Position numbers and translations under genes: made by a program. Shown one piece after another: positions 1-8,662 of a DNA stretch of 64,000 bases. The notes below the pieces were generated by a model. The model was not told the origin of the DNA and searched no databases. It saw nothing but the letters and a program-made list of their open reading frames with translations. This stretch comes from an uncultured Wocania sp. GTDB taxonomy: Bacteria > Bacteroidota > Bacteroidia > Flavobacteriales > Flavobacteriaceae. Each line of letters starts with the position of its first letter. Within the stretch, counting starts at the first letter, position 1. The DNA is taken from NCBI RefSeq assembly GCF_964021735.1, contig NZ_CAXIBN010000001.1:5-64004 (forward strand), written 5' to 3'.

Positions 1-370
1 ATTCCTGCGGAATTTTCCGCTGGCAAGTATTTGTTTACTAAATTAGTTGCTTAAACACGCCACTAATCTTATACGTAAACGTTAAACGAACCTTTCAAAA
101 AACGAGATAATTTTCAATTTAAAAAATTAAGACAGCAAATAATTACGTTAGGGATTGCAGTGGCATCCTTTTTAAATTTGATTGAGAAAAAACTATGGTG
201 TAAACTGAAATTTGGTAGATTGCCACGTCCTTCGTCCTCGCAATGACGTTTAAAAAGATATTGCGGAAAGCCCGACCTGCCAACCCTAAGCAACTTGTGC
301 TGAGCGAAGTCGAAGTAAGATAAAGGGCAGGATAGCACCCAAAATAATATGATAAGTAAATAACAATTTT

Positions 371-667
371 ATGGCAAAACGCAACAACGAACATATTAGC
401 ATACAAGACGCATTAAAAGAATTTGTTGAGACAAACAAACTAGAAAAAGGTTTGAATAAAGTTAATGTTGCCGATGCTTGGGCTAAACTTATGGGCAATG
501 GTGTAAACAACTACACCACAACTGTAAATTTAGAGCGTGACACCCTTTATATACAACTAAGTTCGAGTGTATTAAGAGAAGAATTAAGTTACGGTAAACA
601 AAAAATAATTGATATGCTTAATGAAGAATTAGGAAAAAACATTATTAAAAAACTGGTTTTAAGATAA
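371..667 (+). CDS. DUF721 / DciA-family small protein
   Basis: 98-aa ORF. The pattern 'VADAWAKLMG ... TLYIQLSSSVLREELSYGKQKII' resembles the small DUF721 proteins of Bacteroidota. Confidence 0.6.
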   Translation: MAKRNNEHISIQDALKEFVETNKLEKGLNKVNVADAWAKLMGNGVNNYTTTVNLERDTLYIQLSSSVLREELSYGKQKIIDMLNEELGKNIIKKLVLR

Positions 668-729
668 TTATATATTTTAATTTAATAGATTTTTTTTAAT
701 TAAAAGAAACAAGTTATTATAATTTGTAT

Positions 730-737
730 TATCTTTG
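730..737 (+). promoter_or_regulatory. Bacteroidota -7 box (TATCTTTG) for csp copy 1
   Basis: Matches TAnnTTTG, 27 nt upstream of the ATG at 765. Confidence 0.4.
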
Positions 738-764
738 ATGCTTAATTATTTTAATACAAATACA

Positions 765-956
765 ATGAGTAAAGGTACCGTAAAATTCTTCAACGATTCA
801 AAAGGTTTTGGATTTATCACTGAAGATGACAACAACAAAGAACATTTTGTACACATTTCAGGACTTATCGATGAAATTCGTGAAGGTGATGCAGTAGAAT
901 TCGATCTACAAGAAGGTAGAAAAGGATTAAACGCCGTAAACGTAAAAGTAATCTAA
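765..956 (+). CDS. csp: cold-shock protein (CspA family), copy 1
   Basis: 63 aa, 'GTVKFFNDSKGFGFI' RNP1 motif and 'FVH' RNP2 motif. Start moved to the internal ATG (MSKGT) by analogy with copies 2 and 3. Confidence 0.95.
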   Translation: MSKGTVKFFNDSKGFGFITEDDNNKEHFVHISGLIDEIREGDAVEFDLQEGRKGLNAVNVKVI

Positions 957-984
957 GAATATACTTTTAACAATTACAATTAAA

Positions 985-1015
985 AGTCTACCATTAATTT
1001 GGTAGACTTTTTTTG
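985..1015 (+). terminator. rho-independent terminator after csp copy 1
   Basis: Stem agtctacc/ggtagact (8 bp) followed by a T7 run. Confidence 0.75.
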
Positions 1016-1082
1016 TTTATAGTGGTTTATAAATTAATTGGCACTACCTTTACAAAAATATATTAATTTAATAGTTTAAATA

Positions 1083-1274
1083 ATGAGTAAAGGAACAGTA
1101 AAGTTTTTCAATGATTCTAAAGGATTTGGATTTATCACTGAAGACGACAACAACAAAGAGCATTTTGTACACATTTCTGGATTAATCGATGAAGTTCGTG
1201 AAGGTGATGCCGTAGAATTCGATTTACAAGAAGGTAAAAAAGGATTAAACGCAGTAAACGTAAAAGTAATCTAA
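1083..1274 (+). CDS. csp: cold-shock protein (CspA family), copy 2
   Basis: 63 aa, differs from copy 1 at 2 residues (I->V, R->K). Confidence 0.95.
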   Translation: MSKGTVKFFNDSKGFGFITEDDNNKEHFVHISGLIDEVREGDAVEFDLQEGKKGLNAVNVKVI

Positions 1275-1300
1275 TACATATACTTTAATTTACAATTAAG

Positions 1301-1330
1301 AGCCTATCATTTATTTGATGGGCTTTTTTT
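1301..1330 (+). terminator. rho-independent terminator after csp copy 2
   Basis: Stem agcctatca/tgatgggct (one G-U pair) followed by a T7 run. Confidence 0.7.
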
Positions 1331-1381
1331 GTGGTATAAAGTTTGTATACTTATTAATATTAATTTAATATATATAATACA

Positions 1382-1573
1382 ATGAGTAAAGGAACAGTAA
1401 AATTCTTCAACGATTCTAAAGGATTCGGATTTATAACAGAAGAAGGTTCAAACAAAGAGCATTTTGTCCATATTTCTGGATTAATCGATGAAATTCGCGA
1501 AGGCGACTTAGTAGAATTTGATTTAGAGGAAGGCAGAAAAGGATTAAATGCCGTAAACGTAAAAGTAGTTTAG
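1382..1573 (+). CDS. csp: cold-shock protein (CspA family), copy 3
   Basis: 63 aa with the same RNP1/RNP2 motifs. More diverged than copies 1 and 2 (EEGSNK, DLVEFDLEE). Confidence 0.95.
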   Translation: MSKGTVKFFNDSKGFGFITEEGSNKEHFVHISGLIDEIREGDLVEFDLEEGRKGLNAVNVKVV

Positions 1574-1664
1574 TTAAGAAAAGACAATCTGAGATAAAAA
1601 ATCTCAGATGCTCTAATAAATTTGTCATTCCTGTGAAAACGGGAAACTATACTTTTTTTTAAAC

Positions 1665-1697
1665 AAAAATCCCGCAACGATGTTGCGGGATTTTTTT
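1665..1697. terminator. bidirectional terminator between csp copy 3 (+) and ndk (-)
   Basis: aaaaatcccgcaac-gat-gttgcgggattttt: GC-rich stem flanked by an A run and a T run. Confidence 0.8.
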
Positions 1698-1718
1698 ATA
1701 TTATTTTCTTAATGCTAA

Positions 1719-2138
1719 TTAAAACATCTCTCTACCTGAGAAATGAAATGCGCCTTCAATAGCAGCGTTATCATCACTATCACTTCCGTGTACAGCATTT
1801 TCTCCTATAGAAGCTGCATATAATTTACGTATAGTCCCTTCGGCAGCATCAGCAGGATTTGTTGCACCAATTAAGGTTCTAAAATCTTCAACGGCGTTAT
1901 CTTTTTCTAAAATAGCCGCTACAATTGGACCACGAGTCATATATTCAACTAACTCACCAAAAAACGGACGCTCGTTATGTATTGCATAAAATGCTTCAGC
2001 ATCTGCTTTTGTCATTTGCGTTAATTTCATTGCTACTATTCTAAATCCCGAAGCTGAAATTTTTTCTAATATTGCGCCAATGTGTCCTTTTTCAACAGCA
2101 TCTGGCTTAAGCATAGTAAATGTTCTGTTTGTTGCCAT
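1719..2138 (-). CDS. ndk: nucleoside-diphosphate kinase
   Basis: '[10 protein letters not shown]' and the active-site 'NAVHGSDS'. Start trimmed to MATNRTF (ATG at 2138). Confidence 0.95.
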   Translation of the reverse strand: MATNRTFTMLKPDAVEKGHIGAILEKISASGFRIVAMKLTQMTKADAEAFYAIHNERPFFGELVEYMTRGPIVAAILEKDNAVEDFRTLIGATNPADAAEGTIRKLYAASIGENAVHGSDSDDNAAIEGAFHFSGREMF

Positions 2139-2226
2139 TATATATTTTTTATTTTCGTGCAAAAGTAATGTATTTCTAATTAAATACAAGTCTAACCAAT
2201 TTTAAAAAATTGTATATTCGCTACCT

Positions 2227-3246
2227 ATGACAAAAGAAGACATAAAGCACATAAAACAACTACTAGCTAAACAAAAAAATATAGTTATAGTACCGCATAA
2301 AAATCCTGATGGAGATGCTATTGGCTCTACGTTAGCTTTATATCATTACTTAATAAAACACAAGCATAATGCTACAGTTATGGTTCCTAATGATTATCCG
2401 ACTTTTTTAAAATGGATACCAGGAAATGACCATATTTTAAAACATGATTCTCAAACCGAAGCTTGCGAAACACTTATCAAATCTGCCGATATTATTTTTA
2501 CTTTAGATTTTAATGCGTTTCATAGAACAGGAAATATGGAAACTGTTTTAACAGAAAGTAAGGCTTTAAAAATCATGATAGATCATCATCAAGCACCAGA
2601 CAATTATGCAACTTATATGTTTTCTGATGTAAGTATGAGTTCCACCTGCGAAATGATTTATCATTTTATAGACATGCTAGGAGATACAAGTCGTATCGAT
2701 TCTAACATTGCTACTTGTATTTATGTTGGTATTATGACAGACACTGGTTCTTTTAGATTTCCTTCAACGACAAGTAAAACGCATCAAATTATTGCAAAAC
2801 TGATTGAAAAAGGTGCAAATAATGCTGAAATTCATAATAATGTTTACGATACTAATAGCTACGAAAGATTGCAACTTTTGGGCTGTGCTTTAAGTAATTT
2901 AAAAGTTATTCCTGAGTCACGAACTGCTTATATAACACTTTCTCAAGATGAACTAAACATGTTCAATTATAAAAAAGGAGATACCGAAGGTGTTGTTAAT
3001 TATGGTTTATCGTTAGAAAATATTGTTTTTGCAGCTATTTTTATTGAAGATAAACAAGAAGGTATTATAAAAATCTCATTACGATCAAAAGGTAACTTTT
3101 CTGTAAATGAATTTTCTCGTGTACATTTTAATGGTGGCGGACATACAAACGCTGCTGGTGGACGAAGCGAATTATCTTTAAAAAACACTATAGAAAAATT
3201 TATTAGTATATTGCCTAGTTATAATAAAGCCCTAAATGATGACTAA
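2227..3246 (+). CDS. DHH/DHHA1 phosphoesterase (NrnA-like oligoribonuclease/pAp phosphatase)
   Basis: Motifs 'NPDGDAIGS', 'IDHHQ' and 'GGGHTNAAGG'. Confidence 0.85.
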   Translation: MTKEDIKHIKQLLAKQKNIVIVPHKNPDGDAIGSTLALYHYLIKHKHNATVMVPNDYPTFLKWIPGNDHILKHDSQTEACETLIKSADIIFTLDFNAFHRTGNMETVLTESKALKIMIDHHQAPDNYATYMFSDVSMSSTCEMIYHFIDMLGDTSRIDSNIATCIYVGIMTDTGSFRFPSTTSKTHQIIAKLIEKGANNAEIHNNVYDTNSYERLQLLGCALSNLKVIPESRTAYITLSQDELNMFNYKKGDTEGVVNYGLSLENIVFAAIFIEDKQEGIIKISLRSKGNFSVNEFSRVHFNGGGHTNAAGGRSELSLKNTIEKFISILPSYNKALNDD

Positions 3247-3787
3247 ACAATTAACCATAGTACTTGCGCTACTTTTTTTATTTAGTTGCAAAACTCCTGA
3301 AGCCAGAAAACCCATTTCGGTAAAAACAGGTTCTTTTATTGATGCTTCGGTAGAGCGAAACAAGCAATTAAACGCTAAAGAACAAGCTAGCATTCAAAAA
3401 GTTATGACACTTAAAAAGGATAACAATTACATAGCGTCAGAAAGTGGGTTTTGGTATTACTATAATACTAAAGCAGAAATCGATACATTAAGCACACCTA
3501 ATTTTGGTGATATTATAACCTATAATTATAATATAAAAGACTTGAATGGCTCATTAATTTATTCGAAAGCAGATATTAAAACACAAACCTATGCCATGGA
3601 TCAAGAAGAATTGTTTACTGGTTTACGTGAAGGTTTAAAACTTATGAAAACAGGCGAAACCGTTACTTTTTTATTCCCTTCTCAAAAAGCTTATGGCTAT
3701 TATGGAGACCAAAATAAAATAGGTTCAAATACGCCCTTAATTTGCGAAGTAACCGTTAATTCAATTACCCAAAATCAATCCAATTAA
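3236..3787 (+). CDS. gldI: FKBP-type peptidyl-prolyl isomerase lipoprotein, GldI-like
   Basis: Lipobox 'LFLFSC'. C-terminal FKBP-like 'GLREGLKLMKTGETVTFLFPSQKAYGYYG'. Size and architecture match gliding-motility GldI. Overlaps the upstream gene by 11 nt. Confidence 0.55.
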   Translation: MMTKQLTIVLALLFLFSCKTPEARKPISVKTGSFIDASVERNKQLNAKEQASIQKVMTLKKDNNYIASESGFWYYYNTKAEIDTLSTPNFGDIITYNYNIKDLNGSLIYSKADIKTQTYAMDQEELFTGLREGLKLMKTGETVTFLFPSQKAYGYYGDQNKIGSNTPLICEVTVNSITQNQSN

Positions 3788-3790
3788 ATC

Positions 3791-4906
3791 ATGCGAATTT
3801 TTAAATTTTTAGGCTTAGCTTTATTAATAAGCTTAACCTCTTGCAAAGCACAATACCCAGATCTTGAAGATGGTATGTATGCAGAATTTGTAACCACTAA
3901 AGGTGTTATGGTTGCGAAATTAAATTACAAAAAAACACCTATTACCGTTGCAAATTTTGTGTCGTTAGCAGAAGGCACGAATACCATGGTTGATAGTGCC
4001 TATAAAGAAAAAAAATTCTATAACGGACTTACTTTTCATCGGGTTATGGATAAATTCATGATTCAAGGCGGAGATCCTCTTGGAACAGGAGCTGGAAATC
4101 CTGGTTATAAGTTTAATGATGAATTTCACCCTGATTTAAAACATGATAAACCTGGTGTTTTATCAATGGCAAATTCAGGGCCAAACTCAAATGGAAGTCA
4201 ATTTTTTATAACCGAAATTCCTAAACCTCATTTAGACAATGTCCATAGTGTTTTTGGTGAATTAGTCCTAGGTCTTGATATTCTTGACACGATTTCGAAT
4301 GTAAAAGTTGGCTCAAGAAATAAACCAATCAAAGATGTTATTATCGAAGAATTAAATATTATTAGAAAAGGTAAAGACGCTAAAAAGTTTGATGCTCCAA
4401 AAATTTTCATTAATCATTTTGCAGAAATTGAGCACTTAGAAAAAGAAAAAGCTGCAAAAGCAGCCGCTATTTTAAAAGCTACTAAAGAAAAATTTAACAA
4501 ACAGCAGGAAACTTCTATTACTTTACCTTCTGGTTTACAATACACAATTACAGAAAAAGGAACTGGAGAAAAGCTAAAAGAAACCGATAAAGTTTTAACG
4601 CATTATGCTGTTTATTTTGAAAACGGTAAACTACTAGAAACAAGCAGTTTAAAAATAGCAGAAGCTCTTGACGTGGTTAACGAAAAACGTAAACTTGCAG
4701 ATAAATACGAACCCTTAACAGCTGATTTAAGCCCAAATGCAAGAATGATTTCAGGCTTTAAAGAAGGCTTACAACAGCTAAATGTTGGCGATAAAGCTAC
4801 TTTATTTATACCATATCATTTGGCTTATGGCGAAGCAGGAAATAGAGGTATTCCACCAAGATCAAATATAATTTTTGAAGTAGAAATTTTAGAAATTGTT
4901 AAATAA
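3791..4906 (+). CDS. dual-family peptidyl-prolyl isomerase lipoprotein (cyclophilin N-domain + FKBP C-domain)
   Basis: Lipobox 'LTSC'. Cyclophilin motifs 'FHRVMDKFMIQGGDP' and 'SMANSGPNSNGSQFFIT'. FKBP 'GFKEGLQQLNVGDKATLFIPYHLAYGEAG'. Confidence 0.85.
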   Translation: MRIFKFLGLALLISLTSCKAQYPDLEDGMYAEFVTTKGVMVAKLNYKKTPITVANFVSLAEGTNTMVDSAYKEKKFYNGLTFHRVMDKFMIQGGDPLGTGAGNPGYKFNDEFHPDLKHDKPGVLSMANSGPNSNGSQFFITEIPKPHLDNVHSVFGELVLGLDILDTISNVKVGSRNKPIKDVIIEELNIIRKGKDAKKFDAPKIFINHFAEIEHLEKEKAAKAAAILKATKEKFNKQQETSITLPSGLQYTITEKGTGEKLKETDKVLTHYAVYFENGKLLETSSLKIAEALDVVNEKRKLADKYEPLTADLSPNARMISGFKEGLQQLNVGDKATLFIPYHLAYGEAGNRGIPPRSNIIFEVEILEIVK

Positions 4907-4956
4907 TCTCAAAAAAAGTATAGCAAACCTTATATTTACGCTGAAAAACAAAACCT

Positions 4957-5886
4957 ATGCATTTTTTAAAATTTGATTGGAACCCAGTAACTGGCATTGA
5001 TATAATTGGCAATTTTAAGCTTCATTTTTATAGCCTCATGTGGGTTATTGCTTTTGTTGCAGGTTGGTATATTATGAAGCGTATTTTTACTAAAGAAAAA
5101 GTATCGCTAACTTATTTAGACCCTCTCTTTATTTATACAGTTTTGGCAACTATGCTTGGTGCACGCTTAGGTCATGTTTTATTTTATCAGTCTGAATTAA
5201 TAACCGAAGACTTTTTTAGCATTTTTCTTCCTTTTAAATTTAAAGGCGGCTTCGAGTTTACAGGTTTTCAAGGACTTGCAAGTCATGGTGCTGCCATTGG
5301 TATTATAATAGGTATGTATTTATATCGTAAAAAATACAACTACAAATCTTTACTTTGGATTTTAGACCGTGTAGTCATTTCAGTCGCTTCTGGTGCAGTT
5401 TTTATTAGAATTGGAAATTTTATAAATTCTGAAATTATTGGAAAAGTAACGGAGTCTAGTTTTGGTGTTCGGTTTATTCAAGATGAATATTATAAACGAG
5501 AAATCACTCAACTCACTGGTATTAAAGATATACAAAAAGCTTATGCAGCAGTAACTGATAATCCTCAATTTGCTGAATTATTAGAAGCTGTTCCGTACAG
5601 ACATCCTGCACAATTATACGAATCATTTAGCTATGTTTTTGTATTTTTAATTTTATGGTATTTTTATTCTAAAACTTCTAAAAAAGACCAAACTGGTTTT
5701 CTTTTTGGATTGTTTTTAATTTTACTATGGACGATCCGTTTCTTTGTTGAACGTGTTAAAGAACCACAAGGTGACGAATATATTAACTGGTTTGGGTTAA
5801 ATACTGGACAATGGTTAAGTATTCCGTTTATACTAATTGGTCTATATTTTATGTTTATTTATAAACCAAAAACGGCTACCAAATAA
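4957..5886 (+). CDS. lgt: prolipoprotein diacylglyceryl transferase
   Basis: Polytopic membrane protein with 'ARLGHVLFY', 'HGAAIG' and 'RIGNFINSEIIG'. Confidence 0.9.
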   Translation: MHFLKFDWNPVTGIDIIGNFKLHFYSLMWVIAFVAGWYIMKRIFTKEKVSLTYLDPLFIYTVLATMLGARLGHVLFYQSELITEDFFSIFLPFKFKGGFEFTGFQGLASHGAAIGIIIGMYLYRKKYNYKSLLWILDRVVISVASGAVFIRIGNFINSEIIGKVTESSFGVRFIQDEYYKREITQLTGIKDIQKAYAAVTDNPQFAELLEAVPYRHPAQLYESFSYVFVFLILWYFYSKTSKKDQTGFLFGLFLILLWTIRFFVERVKEPQGDEYINWFGLNTGQWLSIPFILIGLYFMFIYKPKTATK

Positions 5887-5887
5887 G

Positions 5888-6373
5888 ATGTTTCTAAAGT
5901 CCTTAAAATTAATTTTAGTATTGCTTGTTTTATTATGTGCATTGTCTTGTAAAGACGATAAAAAAATAATTAAGCAAACTGAGGTTGTTTTTACAAAAGA
6001 AGGTGAACTCACGTTTTTTAAAACAACCACAGACTCAACAAAGGTGGTTATAGATATTGAAATTGCGAATACCGAATATGAAACCCAAACAGGTTTAATG
6101 TACCGCAGTTCTATGCAAAACAACCAAGGCATGCTGTTTGTTTTTGATGATGTTAGTGAGCGTTCTTTTTATATGAAGAACACCAAAATCCCGTTAGATT
6201 TAATTTTCATTAACGACAAAAAAATCATTGTAAGTTTTCAGAAAAATGCAAAACCCTTTGATGAAAGTTCTCTGCCATCAAATGCACCTGCAAAATATGT
6301 TTTAGAAGTTAATGCAGGCTTAATTGACACTTGGAAGCTTTCTGCTGGAGACAGTATAAGCTATACTAAGTGA
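5888..6373 (+). CDS. DUF192 domain lipoprotein
   Basis: Start set at MFLKSLK (ATG 5888). Lipobox 'ALSC'. 'GLMYRSSMQNNQGMLFVF ... MKNTKIPLDLIFI' is typical of DUF192 (COG1430). Confidence 0.75.
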   Translation: MFLKSLKLILVLLVLLCALSCKDDKKIIKQTEVVFTKEGELTFFKTTTDSTKVVIDIEIANTEYETQTGLMYRSSMQNNQGMLFVFDDVSERSFYMKNTKIPLDLIFINDKKIIVSFQKNAKPFDESSLPSNAPAKYVLEVNAGLIDTWKLSAGDSISYTK

Positions 6374-6732
6374 AAACAGAATTTATAAATATCTCTCCTG
6401 TTTTACCATCATCACAAATTGATAGAGATGTAACTTGGTATATAAAAAACGTTGGTTTTACTTTAGTGCATAAAGATAATATGTATGCCGTTTTAAAACG
6501 AGATAAACTCTATATTCATTTACAATGGCATGCAGATACTGAAGATGACCCATTGCTTGGAGGCTCAGTGATTAAAATATTTGTAAAAAATATACAGCCT
6601 GTTTTTGAAGAGTTTGTAAAACGTGGCACTGTAAAAAAAGACAAACTAAGAATAAATACACCTTGGCGCACTAATGAATTTGGTTTTTATGATTTGAATA
6701 ATAACGCTATTTTTTTTGTTGAAGATGTTTAA
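6370..6732 (+). CDS. VOC/glyoxalase-bleomycin-resistance-like small protein
   Basis: 120 aa with a GTG start overlapping the upstream stop (GTGA). Weak bleomycin-resistance-like pattern ('FGFYDLNNNAIFFVE'). Confidence 0.5.
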   Translation: MKTEFINISPVLPSSQIDRDVTWYIKNVGFTLVHKDNMYAVLKRDKLYIHLQWHADTEDDPLLGGSVIKIFVKNIQPVFEEFVKRGTVKKDKLRINTPWRTNEFGFYDLNNNAIFFVEDV

Positions 6733-6827
6733 TTCCTCTTCTTGATTAAGGCCTGTTTTTTTATAAAAAACCGATAAAATCATTTAACGTAATACGATAA
6801 TATTTTTAAAAATATTTAACAAACCCC

Positions 6828-7409
6828 CTAAATTAATAACTTAATATTAGCATAACTATTCTCTAATGCTTTTTTTGTTTCCTCTTTATTAAGCCATTCA
6901 ACTTTAGTAATACCTTCATTTTCTTGAGGGTAAAAATTTCCTTTAAAGCTCGTTTTCATTTCAAACCAATAGGTTATCTTTATTTTATAACGTCCGTTAC
7001 GCTTAAAAATATGGTATGTAGTTTCTAAAGGTTTTGTAATCTCTAATCCGCTAACTCCAGTTTCTTCAGTAACTTCTCTAATAGCAGTTCTCTCAATGCT
7101 TTCGTTACCTTCGGTTTTTCCTTTAGGCAAATCCCATTTATCATTTCTGTAAATAAATAAAATATCGCCATTATCATTATAAACTTTTCCACCTCCCGCA
7201 ATAACATTAGGTAACTTTTTAAGAAATCTTTTAAGCAGTTTATCCTCTTTTTTTCCAATAAGTCTAACCTCTTTAAGCTTTGTTCTGTTAAGTTTTCTAA
7301 TTACTTTACCCATATCTACTGTTTTAAGTAAATAATTTTTAAAGCCATCTTCTTTTTCAACTTTAGTCGTTAAAATTAAAGGTTTATCGTTAACAAAAAT
7401 TTTGTGCAT
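6828..7409 (-). CDS. NUDIX hydrolase with N-terminal extension
   Basis: Nudix box 'GKTEGNESIERTAIREVTEETGV'. Confidence 0.85.
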   Translation of the reverse strand: MHKIFVNDKPLILTTKVEKEDGFKNYLLKTVDMGKVIRKLNRTKLKEVRLIGKKEDKLLKRFLKKLPNVIAGGGKVYNDNGDILFIYRNDKWDLPKGKTEGNESIERTAIREVTEETGVSGLEITKPLETTYHIFKRNGRYKIKITYWFEMKTSFKGNFYPQENEGITKVEWLNKEETKKALENSYANIKLLI

Positions 7410-7543
7410 AGTAGGTTTTACTTAACTATTTTGTTTTGGTAAAAATATCATTTTTAAGCACATTTCAACTATTGTTAAAAAAAATAATTTTATTCATCAA
7501 TCTTCGGCTAAATAAAAATAAATTTATGTGTAATTTTACGCCT

Positions 7544-8188
7544 ATGATTTTTAACAAACACACCGCTAGAAAAACCGCTGAGGTTTTATTACAAGTTAAT
7601 GCTATAAAACTAAGCCCTAAAGAACCTTTTACATGGGCTTCTGGATGGAAATCACCAATTTATTGCGACAACAGAATTATATTATCCTTTCCTCCTATTC
7701 GTAACTATATTCGGGAAGTTATGGCTAAGCAAATTGAAAAACATTATGGCAAACCAGATGTTATTGCTGGTGTTGCTACTGGTGCTATTGGTATTGGTAT
7801 TTTGGTTGCAGAATATTTAGGCTTACCTTTTATTTATGTAAGACCAGATGCTAAAGGGCACGGTCGCAAAAACCAAATTGAAGGTTTTATTGAAAGCGGA
7901 CAGAATGTTGTAGTTGTTGAAGATTTAATTAGCACAGGTAAGAGTAGTTTAAATGCTGTAAAAGCTTTAAAAGAAGCCAATATTAATGTAAAAGGAATGG
8001 TTGCCATTTTTACTTATGGGTTTGATGTGGCTACCGAAAATTTTAAAAAAGAAAACATAAACCTTCATACCTTAAGCAATTACGAAAGTTTACTTGAGCA
8101 AGCTTTAGAAACTAATTATATATCTCAAAAAGAACTAGAAACTTTGTCTGAATGGAACACCAATCCTAGTGAATGGAACGCTAATTGA
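7544..8188 (+). CDS. pyrE: orotate phosphoribosyltransferase
   Basis: PRPP loop 'VVVVEDLISTGKS'. Start trimmed to MIFNKHTARK (ATG 7544). Confidence 0.9.
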   Translation: MIFNKHTARKTAEVLLQVNAIKLSPKEPFTWASGWKSPIYCDNRIILSFPPIRNYIREVMAKQIEKHYGKPDVIAGVATGAIGIGILVAEYLGLPFIYVRPDAKGHGRKNQIEGFIESGQNVVVVEDLISTGKSSLNAVKALKEANINVKGMVAIFTYGFDVATENFKKENINLHTLSNYESLLEQALETNYISQKELETLSEWNTNPSEWNAN

Positions 8189-8266
8189 TAACATAAGTAT
8201 GTTGTTTAGTTGTAATGCTGTTAAGATGCACGACTAAATAGCGTAACGACAAACAAATTACAACAA

Positions 8267-8662
8267 ATGAATTTAGAATCGCCCAAAATTAACGTTAATA
8301 AATCACCACAGGAGGTCTTTGATTTTTTATCTGATGTTAAAAACTTTGAATCTTTAATGCCAGAAAACATAAGTAAATTTGAAGTTTTAGATAACGACAA
8401 ATTTCTTTTTGCTTTAAAAGGCATGCCCGAAATAATACTTAAAAAGAAAGAAGCTATTGCTCCAAACAAAATTGTTTTAGGTGCTGCTGGTGGTAAATTA
8501 GATTTTTCGCTTATTGGTAATATAATTGAAGTAGAAAATGACTCTAGCGAAGTGCAGTTAGAATTTACTGGCGACTTTAACCCTATGATGGCAATGATGA
8601 TTAAAGGTCCAATAAGTAAATTTATTGAAACTCTGGCTACTAGTATTCCAAAGGCTATTTAG
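8267..8662 (+). CDS. SRPBCC (START/polyketide-cyclase-like) family protein
   Basis: 131 aa. N-terminal 'SPQEVFDFLSDVKNFESLMPE' is typical of SRPBCC proteins. Confidence 0.5.
   Translation: MNLESPKINVNKSPQEVFDFLSDVKNFESLMPENISKFEVLDNDKFLFALKGMPEIILKKKEAIAPNKIVLGAAGGKLDFSLIGNIIEVENDSSEVQLEFTGDFNPMMAMMIKGPISKFIETLATSIPKAI

Noticed and set aside
1-54. Possible 3' end of a plus-strand gene (frame 1 reads ...IPAEFSAGKYLFTKLVA*)
   Set aside because: Only 17 codons are visible at the window edge, and the other frames also stay open for 13-15 codons. It cannot be identified or supported.
255-340. Superficial resemblance to RNase P RNA ('ggaaagcccgac', 'agggcaggatagcaccc') or SRP RNA
   Set aside because: The order and spacing of the elements do not fit the P4/P7-P10 core. 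The GGAAGCAGCC-type SRP motif is absent. The region is also far too short for RNase P RNA.
114-510. Three minus-strand ORFs (114-338, 143-406, 286-510) of 74-87 aa
   Set aside because: They overlap each other in different frames, and one overlaps the DUF721 coding sequence. Their translations look like read-through of repeat or hairpin DNA (FDFAQHK, VIARTKDVAI). No start context or recognisable domain is present.
735-764. N-terminal extensions offered by the ORF track (e.g. 735, 2189, 5837, 7436, 13973, 15506, 18201, 18438, 35288, 40060, 59436, 62625)
   Set aside because: In each case an internal ATG gives a protein that begins at the conserved N-terminus or signal peptide. The extension overlaps a promoter, a terminator or the neighbouring gene.
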